Source of the DNA: a virus
Taxonomy: Duplodnaviria; Caudoviricetes
Length of the DNA stretch: 64,000 bases
IMG/VR virus record: IMGVR_UViG_2974649007_000001
Location: 23,197 to 87,196 of that record
Direction: 5' to 3' (one strand)
This document shows positions 36,665-46,014 of the stretch, one piece after another. Positions within the stretch are counted from its first letter, which is position 1. Each line of letters opens with the position of its first letter. A model generated the notes under the pieces. It ran no database searches. It worked only from the letters and a program-made list of their open reading frames with translations, and had not been told where the DNA came from. The translations under genes and the position numbers were made by a program.

Positions 36665-37123
36665 TCAGATAACGAGTGCGGGGTGGGCGTTGGTGCCGTC
36701 GAACCCGGCGCCGAGGCCGAGCACAACGTCAATGGCACGTTCGCAGGCGTCTTCATCGGTCAACGGCTCGGCCGATTCGATGACGACGTAGTGGTTTAAG
36801 CGGTGGTAGCCAGGCCGCTCGGGCCGGGGGTTGAGGAACATCACCACCTTGGTGACCACGGGCTGCTCGAACTCCCAGCAGCCCACCTTGTGGAAGTGGC
36901 CACCGTAATTGGAGTTGTCGGCATGCAGCTTGTAGTCCTCGGGCTTGAAGCCTGCGCCTACCATGCGCCAGTCTTCGCCGGTGTCATCGTGGGGGTGAGC
37001 AAAGGTCAGTTCGTTGTCGCCCGGGTCCATGAACACCACGCGATAGTCTACACCCTTGGGCGTGCCTCGGTAGACGTGCAGCCCCTGGTCGAGCAGTGGC
37101 TTGATCTGGTTAAGCTGAAGCAT
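36665..37123 (-). CDS. Hypothetical protein
   Basis: Coupled ORF. Confidence 0.6.
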   Translation of the reverse strand: MLQLNQIKPLLDQGLHVYRGTPKGVDYRVVFMDPGDNELTFAHPHDDTGEDWRMVGAGFKPEDYKLHADNSNYGGHFHKVGCWEFEQPVVTKVVMFLNPRPERPGYHRLNHYVVIESAEPLTDEDACERAIDVVLGLGAGFDGTNAHPALVI

Positions 37124-37562
37124 GGCTTGGTCTCCGCATGTCCACGATCAGTTGGTCGATAGGGTTGAGGCGCTCACCATCAGCGCGAGGCAGCCCGCGA
37201 GTGTGCTGCATCTCAAGGATCAGATGCGGCTGCTCCGGCGCCGACAGGGCATAGAGCAGGCTCTTCAGCGACTGCCGGTCCACCAGGCAAGTGGTCTGGA
37301 AGTATTCACGGCTCTGCAGCGCGTGGAACAAGGCCAGCACATCCGCGTCGTTGAGCGGCTCGTTCTGGTTGATGCAGGTCGTCAGCTCCTGCAGCAGGTT
37401 GGTGGCGCTGGTCTGCGCCAGGTCACGAGTCGGGTTGATGTCCTTACGGCGCTCCTGCAGCTCGTCGCACAGGAGGATGACGTCGCCGAAGCCATACGTT
37501 TGATCGTTGTCTTCGGCTGCCGCGCGGATGGCGGCGATGTGTTTATCAGTCAGGCGTGGCAT
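37110..37562 (-). CDS. Hypothetical protein
   Basis: Coupled ORF. Confidence 0.6.
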   Translation of the reverse strand: MPRLTDKHIAAIRAAAEDNDQTYGFGDVILLCDELQERRKDINPTRDLAQTSATNLLQELTTCINQNEPLNDADVLALFHALQSREYFQTTCLVDRQSLKSLLYALSAPEQPHLILEMQHTRGLPRADGERLNPIDQLIVDMRRPSHASA

Positions 37563-37870
37563 CAGCTTTTCCCCTTGAGGCGTGTGCCGTACACCTGGAA
37601 ACCCTGGCGTATCAGCGAGCGGACGTTGACGCCGTAGCCTGTTGGCGGCAGCGTGATGTTGAAGTCGAACGTGGTCCAGTGGTAGGTGTGACCGTGGTCG
37701 TCATCGCTGCCGACCTCGCTGCGGGCGCCGGTGATGGTGCCCTCGCCTACCTTGACGCCGTCCTTGTGGATCTCGACGGTAGGCTCGAGGTGAGCCACCT
37801 CCGTCAGGCGGTCGCCCTCCATCAGCAGGGCGCCGCCGTTCCAGTTCTGTTGCCAGTCAATCAGCTGCAT
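37562..37870 (-). CDS. Hypothetical protein
   Basis: MQLIDWQ start with GAGG RBS. Confidence 0.55.
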   Translation of the reverse strand: MQLIDWQQNWNGGALLMEGDRLTEVAHLEPTVEIHKDGVKVGEGTITGARSEVGSDDDHGHTYHWTTFDFNITLPPTGYGVNVRSLIRQGFQVYGTRLKGKS

Positions 37871-38483
37871 ATTCAGCCCTCGGGTGGCGGCTGCAGGTGC
37901 ATCGGGCCATGTACTTCTTGACCGCGACGTTCGCTGAGACGCTGACAGGTTGCTTCTTGATCTTGCGCTCGAGGATGCAGACGCAGCCGCTCTCGAAGTA
38001 GTCCCGCAGGATCTCGTTCTTGGTCTTGGGGATGGCGAACGCGCGGCGCTCACCTTCGTAGGTGGCTTCCATCCCGAAGCGCTCGCCCTTGGTGGTGTCG
38101 ATCAGGCGCCAGTAGGCTGGTGGGATCTGGTTCGGCACGCCGTGCGCGGGGTACTCATGGATGAACACCATGCTGCCTTCCGGCACCGGGCGCCCCGACT
38201 CGAGGATCTTCCAGCCTGCCGGTGGCTCCGGCACATGCAGCGTTGGCCCGGTACGCATGGTGCGGTAGCGAGCGTAGGCCTTGTTGCGGTCCCGGTCGCT
38301 GCCGTGTACCACCCACTCCCACACCGGCCGGCCATTGCTGACCATGCCGCGGCCGAAGCTGCGCATCTGCTGGCGCACCATCAGCACGCCCTTGACGTAC
38401 TTCTCGTCGCCTTCCTTCAGCTTGCGGGGTTGTGAGCCCCGGCGGATGTGGATCGTCATGCTGTCAATGCGAGGCTGGTTCAT
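37857..38483 (-). CDS. Hypothetical protein
   Basis: Coupled ORF. Confidence 0.6.
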   Translation of the reverse strand: MNQPRIDSMTIHIRRGSQPRKLKEGDEKYVKGVLMVRQQMRSFGRGMVSNGRPVWEWVVHGSDRDRNKAYARYRTMRTGPTLHVPEPPAGWKILESGRPVPEGSMVFIHEYPAHGVPNQIPPAYWRLIDTTKGERFGMEATYEGERRAFAIPKTKNEILRDYFESGCVCILERKIKKQPVSVSANVAVKKYMARCTCSRHPRAEYAAD

Positions 38484-38764
38484 TGTTTCGTCCTCGTTGC
38501 TTTGACCTTGGGCATCACCAACATAGGTGGCAAGGTCTTGATGTCGAACCCCAACTGCTGGAGCTCTGCTTTGATGCGCTTGGCCTTCTCGTCGATGACC
38601 TTCAGCGCGCCTGCCTTGGCCAGCTCGTAGAACTCAGGACGGACAGAGCCCATCACATGCACTGCGAGGTGGCCAGGTTGCTGCACCGTTGTGTGCAGCG
38701 TAACCAGCGCGGTCCACGCTTCGAGCCGACCGCGGATCTGGTTATGCGTCTGCAGGCTGATCAT
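38480..38764 (-). CDS. Hypothetical protein
   Basis: MISLQTH start. Confidence 0.55.
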   Translation of the reverse strand: MISLQTHNQIRGRLEAWTALVTLHTTVQQPGHLAVHVMGSVRPEFYELAKAGALKVIDEKAKRIKAELQQLGFDIKTLPPMLVMPKVKATRTKQ

Positions 38765-39086
38765 CGGCCTTCCCCTTGGCCATGACACGGATGTCACGGC
38801 CGCTGATGGTTACCTTGCGCTTGAGGATCTTCGACTCGACGCGGTACTTGTCGGCGCGGTCGTCGTATTCCAGCACCTTGCCCTTGTCCGTGACCTCGTT
38901 GTGTTCCCAGGTCACGACCTGGCCCACCTCGATGTCCGGCACCGGCAGGCCAGCGCTGTTCAGCGCCACGTCCACCGCCTTGCGGAAGTTGCGCGGCGAC
39001 AGCGCGAGGATCTCGACCGGCTGTTTCTCCAGCACGGCCACTTGTTCGGCGCTGAGCACAACGCCTTTATGGATCAGTTCGAGCAT
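38742..39086 (-). CDS. Hypothetical protein (SH3/KOW-like beta C-terminus)
   Basis: GQVVTW..GKVLEY..YRVES pattern. Confidence 0.55.
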   Translation of the reverse strand: MLELIHKGVVLSAEQVAVLEKQPVEILALSPRNFRKAVDVALNSAGLPVPDIEVGQVVTWEHNEVTDKGKVLEYDDRADKYRVESKILKRKVTISGRDIRVMAKGKADDQPADA

Positions 39087-40264
39087 GGCTTGCCCTCCAG
39101 GTCAGCAATCTTGTCGTTGAGGTCAGCGATCTCACCGGACAGGGCTTCGTAGTCCTGTTCGGTGGTGTCGCCAGTCATGGTGCCGTGTTGATCGGCGCGC
39201 TGTTGCAGGGCGTCACGGCTAGCCTTCAGCGTGTTGAGGCTGTCGTCTACCATGCCTGTGATGCTCTCTTCGAGCGCCTTGAGTTTCGCTTCGATGTCAC
39301 GACACTCGCTGTCGATGTCGTCGATGCGGTCGTAGTCAGCCTTGGTGGCCGTGGCGGTCAGCTGCTTGCTGTACGCTTGGCGCTCGGCCAACTTGCTGCG
39401 CAGGTATTCCAGCTTGTTGGCTGGCTCCAGACCTTCGTACCATTCTTCTTCGGTAGGGCTGCCCCAGTCGGGCACGTCGATGGTGCCGAACTTGCGCATG
39501 TTGTCGTTCATCGTGGCGGCGTCTTCCAGCGCGGCGGCTGCCTCTTCAGGCGACGGGATGTACTGGTCAGCCGTCGGATCACCCGGGGTCATCGCCACGT
39601 CGAAGCGATAACCCACACCGCCCATCTGGCTCACCGGCGTTTCAGGCAGCGCGATAGCCTTGGGGATGCAGGCAGGGCAGGTGATCTCGATGTGGTTGCC
39701 TTCGTGATCCACGTCCGTGGTGCTCACCACCTTGCTGCCGTTGCACACCTCGCAGGCGCCGAGCAGCTGATCGAGGACAGCTGCCTGCTCCGGCGTTGCC
39801 GTGGTGCTGAAGGTAGCTGTGCCTGGCTTGGCCAACCCACCCTTGATAGGAGGGAGTTGATCAGGATGCCCCTTGTATTCGTACTTGGACAGGTCGACCT
39901 TGCTGATCTGCATCTGGGCGCCGAGCATGGCCTGCAGGAAGCGGCCGGCACCGATGCGTTTGTGGATCAGGTTGTGCAGCGCGGCCTTGGCGGCTGCCTT
40001 GACCTCGTTGGACTTGAGCCCCTGGATGTTGGAGCTGGACAGTGGTGCGCCGGTCTTCGGGTGGCGGATGGTCGCCTTGGTGTCGAAGCCGGTCTCCAGC
40101 TCGCTGATCGCCAGCGGTGCCACGAACCCCTTGGGGTGGCCAGCGGCAATGTGCAGGCCGAACTCGAAGTCCATCCCGCCGATGTGCTGCTTCCACTGGT
40201 AGAAACAAGGTGCATCCACCAGGCCCACCGGAGTGCGGACCTGTACCTTCGATGTCGATTTCAT
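39074..40264 (-). CDS. Mosaic hypothetical protein with a DnaJ-like Zn motif and acidic coiled coil
   Basis: CEVCNG...CPAC; D/E-rich C-terminal coil. Confidence 0.65.
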   Translation of the reverse strand: MKSTSKVQVRTPVGLVDAPCFYQWKQHIGGMDFEFGLHIAAGHPKGFVAPLAISELETGFDTKATIRHPKTGAPLSSSNIQGLKSNEVKAAAKAALHNLIHKRIGAGRFLQAMLGAQMQISKVDLSKYEYKGHPDQLPPIKGGLAKPGTATFSTTATPEQAAVLDQLLGACEVCNGSKVVSTTDVDHEGNHIEITCPACIPKAIALPETPVSQMGGVGYRFDVAMTPGDPTADQYIPSPEEAAAALEDAATMNDNMRKFGTIDVPDWGSPTEEEWYEGLEPANKLEYLRSKLAERQAYSKQLTATATKADYDRIDDIDSECRDIEAKLKALEESITGMVDDSLNTLKASRDALQQRADQHGTMTGDTTEQDYEALSGEIADLNDKIADLEGKPCSN

Positions 40265-40273
40265 GCTGATTCC

Positions 40274-42337
40274 TTATGCCGTTTGTGCCAGCTCGCCGCG
40301 AAGCGCCCAGCGTGGGATGTTTGCTGCCACCAACGCCCTGGCCAGGCCTGGTGGTACTGAGTTGCCAACCATGCGTACCTGTGCATGCTTCGGCAATTTT
40401 TTACCCATCACCGTCTCGTGCTGGTAGTCAGCCGGGAAACCTTGGCAGCGGTACAGCTCGTGCGGCTCCAGCATTCGCATGCCGATGTCCACGATCTGAT
40501 AGTCCTGGCCCTGGATGGTGACCAGGCCGAAGCGCGCCTTGGCGGTGATGGTATCGAGCGGCTCGTCGCAGCTGACCGCTGTGCCGGTGCCGTAGAACTT
40601 GACCAGGAAGGCCTGCACCGCTGCAAAGTGGTTGCCTTGAGCAGCGATCGCATCCAGCGGACGGTCAAGTGACTGGCCGTGGTTGCAGGTGCCTTTGAGT
40701 TTGACCAGGCTGCTGGCGATGACCGCCGCCTTGCCGCCGCCACCCGGCATGATGGCGCCGAGTGGTTCGTCAGCCGAGTGGCCCACGCTGTTGCCGAAGT
40801 CCCGCTGGATGTGGGTCGCTGTGACTTCCAGCACCGCGTTGTGATCCGTGGCGGTGATGGTTGGCAGCGGCTTGTCCAGCGTCTGGCCTACGACCCCGGT
40901 GTAATGCTTCAGCAGCGCGGCGACTTGGATGTGCCGTGCTTTGCTGGTGATCACACCGAGCGGAGCGTCCAGGCCCTGTAGAGGGGCTGCACGGGCACCG
41001 CCGTGGTCGATGGTGGTGATGAATCCTTGCTGTAGGACCGGCTCGAGCGTTGCCTCGAGCACACCCAGTGCATGCGGTGCGCCGGCTGGCCGCGCTGCAC
41101 CACCACCGGCTGTGATGGTTGGCAGCGGATCGTTGCAACTGGTGCCGCCGGAGTCGCCGCGGAACTTCATGACGGCTGCCGAAGACAGGTGCGCTTCCAC
41201 CACGCCGAAGCGGGTGGCGCCAGCCATCACGGTGTCGATTGGCTGGTCAGCTGCCTGGCCCACGCTGTTCTGGTTGAACTTGGTCAGCGACACTGCTGCC
41301 AGCCCGGTGCCCAGCTTGCTGGTCAGGGTTTGCAGCGGATCTTCCAGGCCTTGGCCGCGGAACTGGTCGCCACCGTGGTTGGTTTTGACCAGGAACGCCT
41401 CGTCACCAGCGCCGACCACGAACTTTTCAATGCCCTTGAAGATGCGGGCCAGTGTCTTCTCGGCCAGCGGCTTCTTGCGGTCGAAGATCGACGGGCACGG
41501 GATGCTGAAGTCCAGGTTGTCACCGGCAGTCTTCCAGGGCTTGAGCGCTGGGTTGGCCTTGACCTGCTTCTTGTTGCCGTGGGTTGCCTCTGGCCAGATG
41601 ATCGGCAGCCCGTCCTTGCGGGCCATCAGGAAGAAACGGTTGCGGGTGGTGGGGTCGCCGTAGTCACAGGCGTTGAGCCCCTTCTCGCGCCACTCCACCT
41701 GGTAGCCTGCGGCGCGCAGCTGTTGGATGAACTGCTTGAAGGTCTTCCCGGCGCGCTTCTTGTCCGGCACCAGGGCCTGCGACCAGTACGGCACGCGCTC
41801 ACCGGGCTCGCTGACCACCTCGTTCATCACGGGGTCACCGTTCTTGTCCTTCTTCTTGGGGTCGGCGACCAGTTTGATCACGCGCTTGGTGACCTTGCAG
41901 CGCTTGGCGATCAGCGGCCCCCAGGTGGTGAACTCTTTGACGTTCTCCATGAAGAGCATGGCCATGCCGGATTGACCGGCCCACTTCTTCACGATCCAGG
42001 CCAGGCCACGGATGACCTTCTTGACTGGCTTGCCGCCCTTGGCCACGCTGAAGTGCGTGCAGTCAGGGCTGAACCAGCCCATCAGGACTGGCTCACCGTC
42101 AACTGCCATGGGGATGTTGATGTCCCAGACCGACTCGTTGTAGTGCTTGGTGTCGGGGTGGTTCTGCTCGTGCATCATCAGCGCTTCAGCGTTGTGATTC
42201 ACGGCGATGTCTGGGGATTGGCCGAGGGCCTGGGCGATGCCGGTGGAAGCGCCGCCACCACCTGCGAAGTTGTCAGCTACCTTGCCGCCGATCCAGCGAT
42301 ACCCGGCGGGCACCGGGTAGGTGTTGATGTCTCGCAT
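40274..42337 (-). CDS. dcm: C5-cytosine DNA methyltransferase with repeat-expanded variable region
   Basis: FAGGGG, SPDCTHFS, ENV, RNRFF, ELYRCQGFP, VGNSVPP. Confidence 0.92.
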   Translation of the reverse strand: MRDINTYPVPAGYRWIGGKVADNFAGGGGASTGIAQALGQSPDIAVNHNAEALMMHEQNHPDTKHYNESVWDINIPMAVDGEPVLMGWFSPDCTHFSVAKGGKPVKKVIRGLAWIVKKWAGQSGMAMLFMENVKEFTTWGPLIAKRCKVTKRVIKLVADPKKKDKNGDPVMNEVVSEPGERVPYWSQALVPDKKRAGKTFKQFIQQLRAAGYQVEWREKGLNACDYGDPTTRNRFFLMARKDGLPIIWPEATHGNKKQVKANPALKPWKTAGDNLDFSIPCPSIFDRKKPLAEKTLARIFKGIEKFVVGAGDEAFLVKTNHGGDQFRGQGLEDPLQTLTSKLGTGLAAVSLTKFNQNSVGQAADQPIDTVMAGATRFGVVEAHLSSAAVMKFRGDSGGTSCNDPLPTITAGGGAARPAGAPHALGVLEATLEPVLQQGFITTIDHGGARAAPLQGLDAPLGVITSKARHIQVAALLKHYTGVVGQTLDKPLPTITATDHNAVLEVTATHIQRDFGNSVGHSADEPLGAIMPGGGGKAAVIASSLVKLKGTCNHGQSLDRPLDAIAAQGNHFAAVQAFLVKFYGTGTAVSCDEPLDTITAKARFGLVTIQGQDYQIVDIGMRMLEPHELYRCQGFPADYQHETVMGKKLPKHAQVRMVGNSVPPGLARALVAANIPRWALRGELAQTA

Positions 42338-42372
42338 CGTATATCCTTGAGCGCCACGGGGCGCTGTGTAAG

Positions 42373-42723
42373 TTAGAGGTCCGAGTCACGCAGCCAGGCA
42401 ATAACCAATTGTCTGACGTCTTCTTCTACCAGGTCCCACGACACCAGGTAGTCCACCAACCTGTCGGCCAGGCTACCTTCGCTTGCGTCGATGAACCGTT
42501 CGTACCACACCACCCCGTCCCAGTCGTCCGGGAGCTGGCGGTGCATCACCGCGATGAAACCCAGCGCCAGCTCGGCGATGGTGTAGAACTCACCCAGGCC
42601 GGAGACCACCACCCGGCTTATCTCGCCTTCTTTCATGCGGTCTTCCAGCTCGTTGCTCACCATCATGGCTGAGATCAGGCAGACCTTGTCGTGGTCGTCG
42701 GCTTGTCGTTGGTCAAGAATCAT
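42373..42723 (-). CDS. Acidic hypothetical protein
   Basis: GAGG RBS; D/E-rich. Confidence 0.6.
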   Translation of the reverse strand: MILDQRQADDHDKVCLISAMMVSNELEDRMKEGEISRVVVSGLGEFYTIAELALGFIAVMHRQLPDDWDGVVWYERFIDASEGSLADRLVDYLVSWDLVEEDVRQLVIAWLRDSDL

Positions 42724-42796
42724 ACGGCACCTCTATGTTTCTGGCATAGGGATACCGCGCTACTTAGCGAAGTATCCTATGCAATGGTTGGTTTGG

Positions 42797-42970
42797 CTAG
42801 TAGCAGAGCACGAAGTTTTTGCAGCCGCTATCGTGGTTCCAGCCGTTGGTACTGGCAGCGAACTTGCAGCACCATGGCTTGCGGTAATACTTGTTCATCA
42901 GCAGGGCCAGCTCGTGCTCCATGTCGCGCAGCTGTTGCTCGAGCTGCTCGATCTTTTCTTCAGGTGTCAT
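42797..42970 (-). CDS. Small Cys-containing hypothetical protein
   Basis: MTPEEK start coupled to the upstream TGA. Confidence 0.5.
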   Translation of the reverse strand: MTPEEKIEQLEQQLRDMEHELALLMNKYYRKPWCCKFAASTNGWNHDSGCKNFVLCY

Positions 42971-43311
42971 CGGAAGAACCTCGCCTTTGGGTACTTGTCC
43001 TGCACCTTCTGCTTGGCAGCGCGCCGGGTCACGGCCCGCACAAACATCTCGATGTGGACAAGATCGTCGCCGACCTCTGCCATGTACCAGGCCCGGTACA
43101 TCCACCCGTTCCGTGGCGACGGGGCGCCCCAGTAGGCGCCGCCCTCGTCGTAGCAGTAGTCAACCATGGGGAGCAGCTGCAGACGCAGCGTGCCGTTGAA
43201 GTCCTCTGGCGCCTCGTGGATGTCGTGGCGACCCATCGGTGAGCCTCGACCGCTGCCGACCTCTGGCAGCGCCTCGAAGACCTTTGACTTGGGGTAGACC
43301 AGGCTAGTCAT
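42967..43311 (-). CDS. Early-type hypothetical protein
   Basis: GSPMGR..YDEGGAYWG pattern, familiar from phage early genes (from memory). Confidence 0.6.
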   Translation of the reverse strand: MTSLVYPKSKVFEALPEVGSGRGSPMGRHDIHEAPEDFNGTLRLQLLPMVDYCYDEGGAYWGAPSPRNGWMYRAWYMAEVGDDLVHIEMFVRAVTRRAAKQKVQDKYPKARFFR

Positions 43312-43648
43312 TGGCTTCTCCCAGTTGATCTACCGCGTCGATGTAGTTGTTGAACCCCGCCGCCTGCGACAGGCTGTCCAACGCCTCGGCCCTGGTGCAG
43401 CCCGTTGCCTTCATCGTGCGGGTGGCCAGGCGCTTGATGCCCTTGAGAAGCAAGGCCCGACCGTTTCCAACTTTTCGGGCCTCCCTTCCATTTGAAAGTG
43501 TCAGAAAAATTTTTGTAATTTTTACGAATTGGTCATAGCCTTGTGCTATCACTTCCGTCCATGGTGGTGGCGGCTCTCTATCACCGGCGTCAATGGTGCG
43601 AACCATGCGGGTCGCGTGGTTCACGAAGTAGCGCAGTTGTCGGCTCAC
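43304..43648 (-). CDS. Hypothetical protein with Glyoxalase_8-like helical C-terminus
   Basis: IKRLA..MK..G.T..EALD.LSQAAGFNNY. Confidence 0.55.
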   Translation of the reverse strand: MSRQLRYFVNHATRMVRTIDAGDREPPPPWTEVIAQGYDQFVKITKIFLTLSNGREARKVGNGRALLLKGIKRLATRTMKATGCTRAEALDSLSQAAGFNNYIDAVDQLGEAND

Positions 43649-43836
43649 AGCTTGCCCTCCTTCGTTCTCCAGCGGCTGATCCGCACCTTGGCTGCGTGGA
43701 TGCTTTTCACCGGGCGAGCCCGGTCCCCTTCGTAGCGCAGCACCGTGATCTCTTCCACACCCTTGGTGCGGTTGTGACAGGTGTTGATGAACCCACCCCG
43801 GTAGCCGAAGGTGTGGAACGTGTCTTTATTGTCCAT
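43645..43836 (-). CDS. Small hypothetical protein
   Basis: MDNKDTF start. Confidence 0.5.
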   Translation of the reverse strand: MDNKDTFHTFGYRGGFINTCHNRTKGVEEITVLRYEGDRARPVKSIHAAKVRISRWRTKEGKL

Positions 43837-44119
43837 CGTCGTCGCCCTCGAGCAGCAGGCTAACACCGTGACGGCTGCCAGCCAGGTGGGTATTGCACAG
43901 CTCGCAGTTGCAGCCGCTGAACTCCTCGTAGCCTGTGCCTTCCTCGTCCTCGTCGGTCGGCTCCACGCCGGCCACCCAGTGGCCTTTACGGCCGTTCAGC
44001 TCGCGCTTCATGCACGCCTCAACGTGGAAGCCGTCGCAGTTCTCGCTCTCTTCGCCGTTGGCAATGAGCAGCAGGCAGTCCTCGCAGACGCTGTATTCGA
44101 TCTGGTCAATGATCGCCAT
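43826..44119 (-). CDS. Acidic Zn-finger-like hypothetical protein
   Basis: CEDC and CELC; D/E-rich. Confidence 0.6.
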   Translation of the reverse strand: MAIIDQIEYSVCEDCLLLIANGEESENCDGFHVEACMKRELNGRKGHWVAGVEPTDEDEEGTGYEEFSGCNCELCNTHLAGSRHGVSLLLEGDDDGQ

Positions 44120-44402
44120 GGCCAGTCTCCTTCAGCAATTCTTTGATCTTTGTTACCAAGTCCGGCATCACGCCGCACTCCGGCTTGGTCAGGTGCTTGA
44201 GCAGTGCAACCATCCGCATCTCAGGCTCCTCCATCACCTTGCAGCTGTCACACACCACGCCGTTTTCATTGGCCAGTTGGTACAGCTCCAGGTCAGTGGC
44301 CGAGGTCGCACTGCGCCGCTTACCGCTGAGGTGGTCGTTTAGCTGCTCAAGCGTCTTGAAGTCGTAGAGCAGGTCGAATACGTAGGGAAGTTGTGTGCTC
44401 AC
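44106..44402 (-). CDS. Hypothetical protein
   Basis: GTGA coupling with the upstream stop. Confidence 0.5.
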   Translation of the reverse strand: MSTQLPYVFDLLYDFKTLEQLNDHLSGKRRSATSATDLELYQLANENGVVCDSCKVMEEPEMRMVALLKHLTKPECGVMPDLVTKIKELLKETGHGDH

Positions 44403-44725
44403 GAGAACACCTGCCCAACCACGACTTCGTGGACACACTCAAAGCTGATGACAATGGCGTGGAACGCCGACTGTGACGCGATGCCGAACCAGCGGCCCTT
44501 GTGGAGCGGGCCGTCAGGTTCGGTTTTGACGAACTCGTGCAGGCCGTACACCTGGCCCTTGAAGCGGAAGAACGCCGACCCGTCCAGCTCCTCGCCGAGG
44601 TAGTCGTACTCCTTCTTTTCCTGGGCGGTGAGTTCATCGCCGGGGAAGGTGTCGCGGGGGATCATGTTGGTTTTGACGCCGGTGCCGTCAGACAGCACGC
44701 GCAGTGGTTTCAATGCTGAAAGCAT
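44399..44725 (-). CDS. Early-type hypothetical protein
   Basis: KTN..PR..ELT..EYDY..FFRFKG pattern. Confidence 0.6.
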   Translation of the reverse strand: MLSALKPLRVLSDGTGVKTNMIPRDTFPGDELTAQEKKEYDYLGEELDGSAFFRFKGQVYGLHEFVKTEPDGPLHKGRWFGIASQSAFHAIVISFECVHEVVVGQVFS

Positions 44726-44735
44726 GGGAAAACTC

Positions 44736-44930
44736 CTATTGTTTGCTTTGTCGCCGTATCAGGGAGATGTCCGAATCCAGTTGGTAGCAGACCTTGCTGA
44801 GCAGGTCGGCGATCAGGATCATTTGTGCGGCGGTGATCACACCGTCGTTGTAGGGGTTGGGTTCGGCGAGGTCTTTGTGTCGCAAGACGATGATGCCTGG
44901 CTCCCACGGGGTGTGATTTGCTCTAGCCAT
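44736..44930 (-). CDS. Small hypothetical protein
   Basis: AGGA RBS; overlaps the next ORF by 94 nt. Confidence 0.4.
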   Translation of the reverse strand: MARANHTPWEPGIIVLRHKDLAEPNPYNDGVITAAQMILIADLLSKVCYQLDSDISLIRRQSKQ

Positions 44931-45091
44931 TCCTGCAAACTCCGGCGCGTGACGACCGGGCTCTTCATCTTCCGGTCACGTAAGCGCATTGTTTCGATGA
45001 AGGTGCGGCACTCGCCGACCCGGCCTTGATAAAGCTCTTCCCAGCCGCCCTCGGGGGTTCGGGCCAGCACCCGATGCTGTTTGTATTTCAT
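44837..45091 (-). CDS. Small hypothetical protein
   Basis: ATGA coupling. Confidence 0.45.
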   Translation of the reverse strand: MKYKQHRVLARTPEGGWEELYQGRVGECRTFIETMRLRDRKMKSPVVTRRSLQEWLEQITPRGSQASSSCDTKTSPNPTPTTTV

Positions 45092-45279
45092 CCTTCGCCC
45101 TCGAGTTCGGCGCGCAGTCGCTCAGCCGTCGCCTTTGCGCCGTCGAGGATGCCGGTGATCACTTCGTCTGCCATGCCGTCAACGTAGTTCCAGACCTGGG
45201 TCTGGAAGTCCTCGAGGGCTGCGATCGCTTCGTCTGCCACGCGCTCGGCGTTGGCCAGTTGTGCTGATTGTTTGCTCAT
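45088..45279 (-). CDS. Small acidic helical protein
   Basis: ATGA coupling. Confidence 0.55.
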   Translation of the reverse strand: MSKQSAQLANAERVADEAIAALEDFQTQVWNYVDGMADEVITGILDGAKATAERLRAELEGEG

Positions 45280-45947
45280 ACGCGGTTGCCCTCCTCGTCG
45301 AACTCCATTTCGTTGGCGATCAGCGAGTCACGGATCTGCTCGTCGCTGGTCAGGTAGTTGTATTCCGCTTCCAGGCGGCTGTAGATCCAGTCCATGAAGT
45401 CGCGGAGCAGCTGGGTGATGTCGGCCTCGGCCTCACCGATGTCTCGGTAGCGATCCTCGGCATGCTCCACCGTGACCCGTGTGCAGCCGCTGTGGCTGTA
45501 GTGGCCGTAGGTGCTGACCTTGGCTTCCAGCTGGTAGAAGTGCTTACGCTGCACGGCTGTCAGCGCCTTGCAGATCCGGTGCAGCTCGACGTTGCCTGGC
45601 TGCTCCACCCACTTCTTCGTCTGCGGGTCTTTGTAGCGGGCCGGGGCCGACGACTTCAGTTCTTTCAGCGAGCCGACCTTGTAGGTGTAGCTGCACTCGC
45701 AGCTGGCGCCGTCACCCTGGCTGCTGAAGCCGCTGAAGTAGATGGCCGGCTGCTTGCTGTCGCGCCGGGTGTCGATGCTGATGCCGATGATCTCGCCCAT
45801 CATGATGGCGTCGTCGTAGACGGCGTCCCACCATTCGTGGTCGATGTTCCAGTCATAGTTCTTTTCGAGCGCGCGCTTCTTGGCCTCGTCGCTCAGCTGG
45901 TCGAATTTGAAGACCGGTGTTTCGATGACGCGATGTGCAGTACCCAT
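45276..45947 (-). CDS. Acidic protein resembling the plasmid/ICE family annotated 'antitoxin of TA stability system'
   Basis: F.QLSDEAK..A; WWDAVYDD; YFSGFSSQGDGA; QRKHFYQL; YSRLEAEYNYLTSDE. Confidence 0.6.
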   Translation of the reverse strand: MGTAHRVIETPVFKFDQLSDEAKKRALEKNYDWNIDHEWWDAVYDDAIMMGEIIGISIDTRRDSKQPAIYFSGFSSQGDGASCECSYTYKVGSLKELKSSAPARYKDPQTKKWVEQPGNVELHRICKALTAVQRKHFYQLEAKVSTYGHYSHSGCTRVTVEHAEDRYRDIGEAEADITQLLRDFMDWIYSRLEAEYNYLTSDEQIRDSLIANEMEFDEEGNRV

Positions 45948-45985
45948 AGGTTTCTCCGTTGTGCTATTTCAGATGGCTCAAGTGA

Positions 45986-46007
45986 CAGGGCACTCGCAAG
46001 TGCCCTG
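45986..46007. terminator. Intergenic hairpin
   Basis: CAGGGCACT-CGCA-AGTGCCCTG. Confidence 0.5.
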
Positions 46008-46014
46008 CCTTGAA

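Noticed and set aside
17832-42337. Complete DNA hypermodification pathway
   Set aside because: Only ThyX, dNMP kinase, MazG-like, Dcm and Nmad5-like genes are present; no hydroxymethylase, glycosyltransferase, Dpd or PurZ recognised.
44736-45091. Possible third frameshift joining 44837-45091 and 44736-44930
   Set aside because: The downstream ORF has its own AGGA RBS, and there is no intact paralog to show continuity.
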